From Leucoraja ocellata (lineage: Eukaryota), in NCBI GenBank assembly GCA_036785375.1, contig JAWMAR010000710.1:310001-374000 (forward strand): a stretch of 64,000 nucleotides of DNA. Direction: 5' to 3'. Of this stretch, positions 61,845-64,000 are shown one piece after another. The position numbers and the translations under genes are program-made. Position 1 is the stretch's first letter. Each line of letters starts with the position of its first letter. A model generated the notes under the pieces. It was not told the origin of the DNA, did no database searches, and worked only from the letters and a program-made list of their open reading frames with translations.

Positions 61845-62140
61845 TTTTTAAATTTATTAACAGTAATATTTACAGTAAACAAAACCCACAACCATAATAC
61901 AAGTCAAACAACCTACACGACTATATTACAATCCTTATTGAGGATGACTTCCATCCTATGCGGTGCCAAACGGTCCCGGAAATTCCCCAGGGTACCTGTG
62001 GACAGCGCGTAGCCCCTCTCTACTACCACCCAGGCATAGACGTAACCCCAGAACCCTCTTGCGCCGGGCACCGTGATCCGCGGATGGCCAGCTTGGCCAG
62101 GCCCAGGAGCCACCCAACCTTGACATCTTCATCCCTCCAC
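61845..62140 (-). mobile_element. Tx1-like LINE 3' end
   Basis: ...ERGYALSTGTLGNFRDRLAP... C-terminus followed by an A-rich tail on the - strand. Confidence 0.55.
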
Positions 62141-62638
62141 TCTCCCCTATGCACAGATTATCCAATGATGAGGATGGTGTGTGTGAAGTACAGCCAGAAG
62201 GCAAGGAACAGCTCCTTTAGATGATGGACAGGGGCTGCAACCTCAAGGGGCTGTCCCACTGCGACAACATAATCTGCGAGTTTAGAAGAGTTTGCTTTTG
62301 ATTCAAACTCGCAGCATGGTTGACACGTGATCCTAGGTGGTCTTATGAGGTCACTGAAACTCTCCTTCATGCTCGAGGGAAGTTCTCGCATACTCACGGC
62401 CTCAGTTTGGTCGAGGAAGATTTTTCAGCATGTTGAAAATGTTTCCGTGAATAAAAATTGGGGGGTGAAAAGTGTCTCAACTCCTTCTCCCCCCTTCTCT
62501 CCCCTTCTCTCCCCCTCTGTTTTCTACCCCCCCCCCCCCCCCCCCCCCCCCAACGCGCTCTGTAAAGGACTTACCGTACACCGTGCAGCCGCCTTTTACA
62601 TTCCTGTTCATCGTGGGTGTGAATTTCAGACAGTGCTC

Positions 62639-62817
62639 NNNNNNNNNNNNNNNNNNNNNNNNNNNNNNNNNNNNNNNNNNNNNNNNNNNNNNNNNNNNNN
62701 NNNNNNNNNNNNNNNNNNNNNNNNNNNNNNNNNNNNNNNNNNNNNNNNNNNNNNNNNNNNNNNNNNNNNNNNNNNNNNNNNNNNNNNNNNNNNNNNNNNN
62801 NNNNNNNNNNNNNNNNN
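62639..62817. other. Assembly gap (179 N)
   Basis: Run of N. Confidence 0.99.
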
Positions 62818-64000
62818 TCGTGCTTTCATCGCTGACGGTTGATCCAGCTCAAGGTTTTTCAGGCGAGTGCCCTCGAGCTTGAAGGTCGCTGAAACATAGA
62901 AACATAGAAAATAGGTGCAGGAGGAGACCATTCGGCCCTTTGAGCCAGCACCGCCATTCATTGCGATATCAATGGCTAATCTTCCCCTATCAATAACCCG
63001 TGCCTGCCACAATTAAAAAACACATTTATTTTGCTTGCCCATGCATAGTGACCCAGCTCTTCCAATTCCCTTTCCAAACATCCTTCACTTTGGGTCCGAA
63101 CACGTTCAGAGTATGATGTTTCTACCAGGATACTTCTCGCTGAGTCTCTGCTGCTGTTGTTCAGCCTGGCGCTGACAATATTATTAATCAAGCAAAACAT
63201 CCTCTGCATTTGTTTGTTGTTTCCCATCTTATGCAAATTACAAAGACATTTGTTTTATACGAGGTTGCAACTCATGTACAACTGCACTGATTAAAGCAGA
63301 CGCATGTTCATAGTTCTATTCCCCAATATTTTACAAAGGTGTTCAAATCTGATCAACATAATTCCCAACATCCTGGCTGTGTATCTGAACAAAATACGTA
63401 TAGACGGATAGTATTTCCATAATGCTGGAGATTATCTACATATTGAATTGATATAATTTGATATAATTTAATTGCCACACAACCAAGGTCGGTGGAATTT
63501 GGGTTGCCAGCAGCGGTACAGTAATAAAGAACACAAAACCACAATACAAATTTTACACAAACATCCACCATAGCATTCATCACTGTGGTGGAAGGCACAG
63601 CCCTCCTTCATTTTCCCCCGTGGTCAGGACCTCCACCCTCCACAGCCATTGCTGCGGGCGTCCAGATGGTAAGGGACAAAGTCAAAGTCAAGGTGAGTCC
63701 AGGATCGGTTCTTCCCAACCAGAGACCGCGGCTTCAGGCTGGTGTAGGCCGCAGGCCGGCAGTTAAAGTTTTAAAGTACCTGCCGTGCCGCAGCCGGAAG
63801 CACCGCAGTCTGCAGGGCCGGCGGTCGAAGTTCCCCTCCAGGGGTGATGGTAAGTCCATACCACGCCCGCGGTAGATGTTGGCCAGAGGCGGTGGAAGCT
63901 TCTTCTTCCCCCGGGTCCCCCACGAGGGATCCCGGGCTGTAGACGCCGCACCAGCTGGAGTTCTGCAGACCGCTGCTTCAGGCTGCCGGCTGCCTTGGGC

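Overview
Repeat-dense vertebrate DNA, most likely from a cartilaginous fish such as a skate or ray. This is inferred from the CR1, Penelope and tRNA-SINE repeat landscape, not from a database match. It has two N-gaps (33143-33342, 62639-62817). The main host feature, absent as a whole from the ORF track, is a pair of head-to-head paralogous Ig-superfamily receptor genes. The + strand gene (31818-57005) can be spliced by hand: leader, IgV, IgC2 with the CD4/LAG-3-type WxC motif, TM, and five small cytoplasmic exons carrying a YxN motif, two canonical ITIMs and one ITIM-like motif but no Lck-binding CxC. Its leader has a CGA>TGA stop and a 5.5-kb transposon sits just upstream of its ATG. The - strand paralog (leader 1978-2074, V-like exon 803-1139 lacking canonical cysteines, two frameshifts) runs out of the window. 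The rest is mobile DNA: a young CR1 with intact ORF2, a near full-length L1 with a nested stack (second L1, Vingi-like, two CR1s), a structurally complete DIRS1 element, two solo LTRs, a Helitron, Rex1/Babar and Tx1 fragments, Penelope ends with minimal hammerhead-like cores, and tRNA SINEs. There are also two copies of a 5.5-6 kb TIR-bounded composite element filled with dead retroelement cargo, and a direct duplication of the intergenic region.
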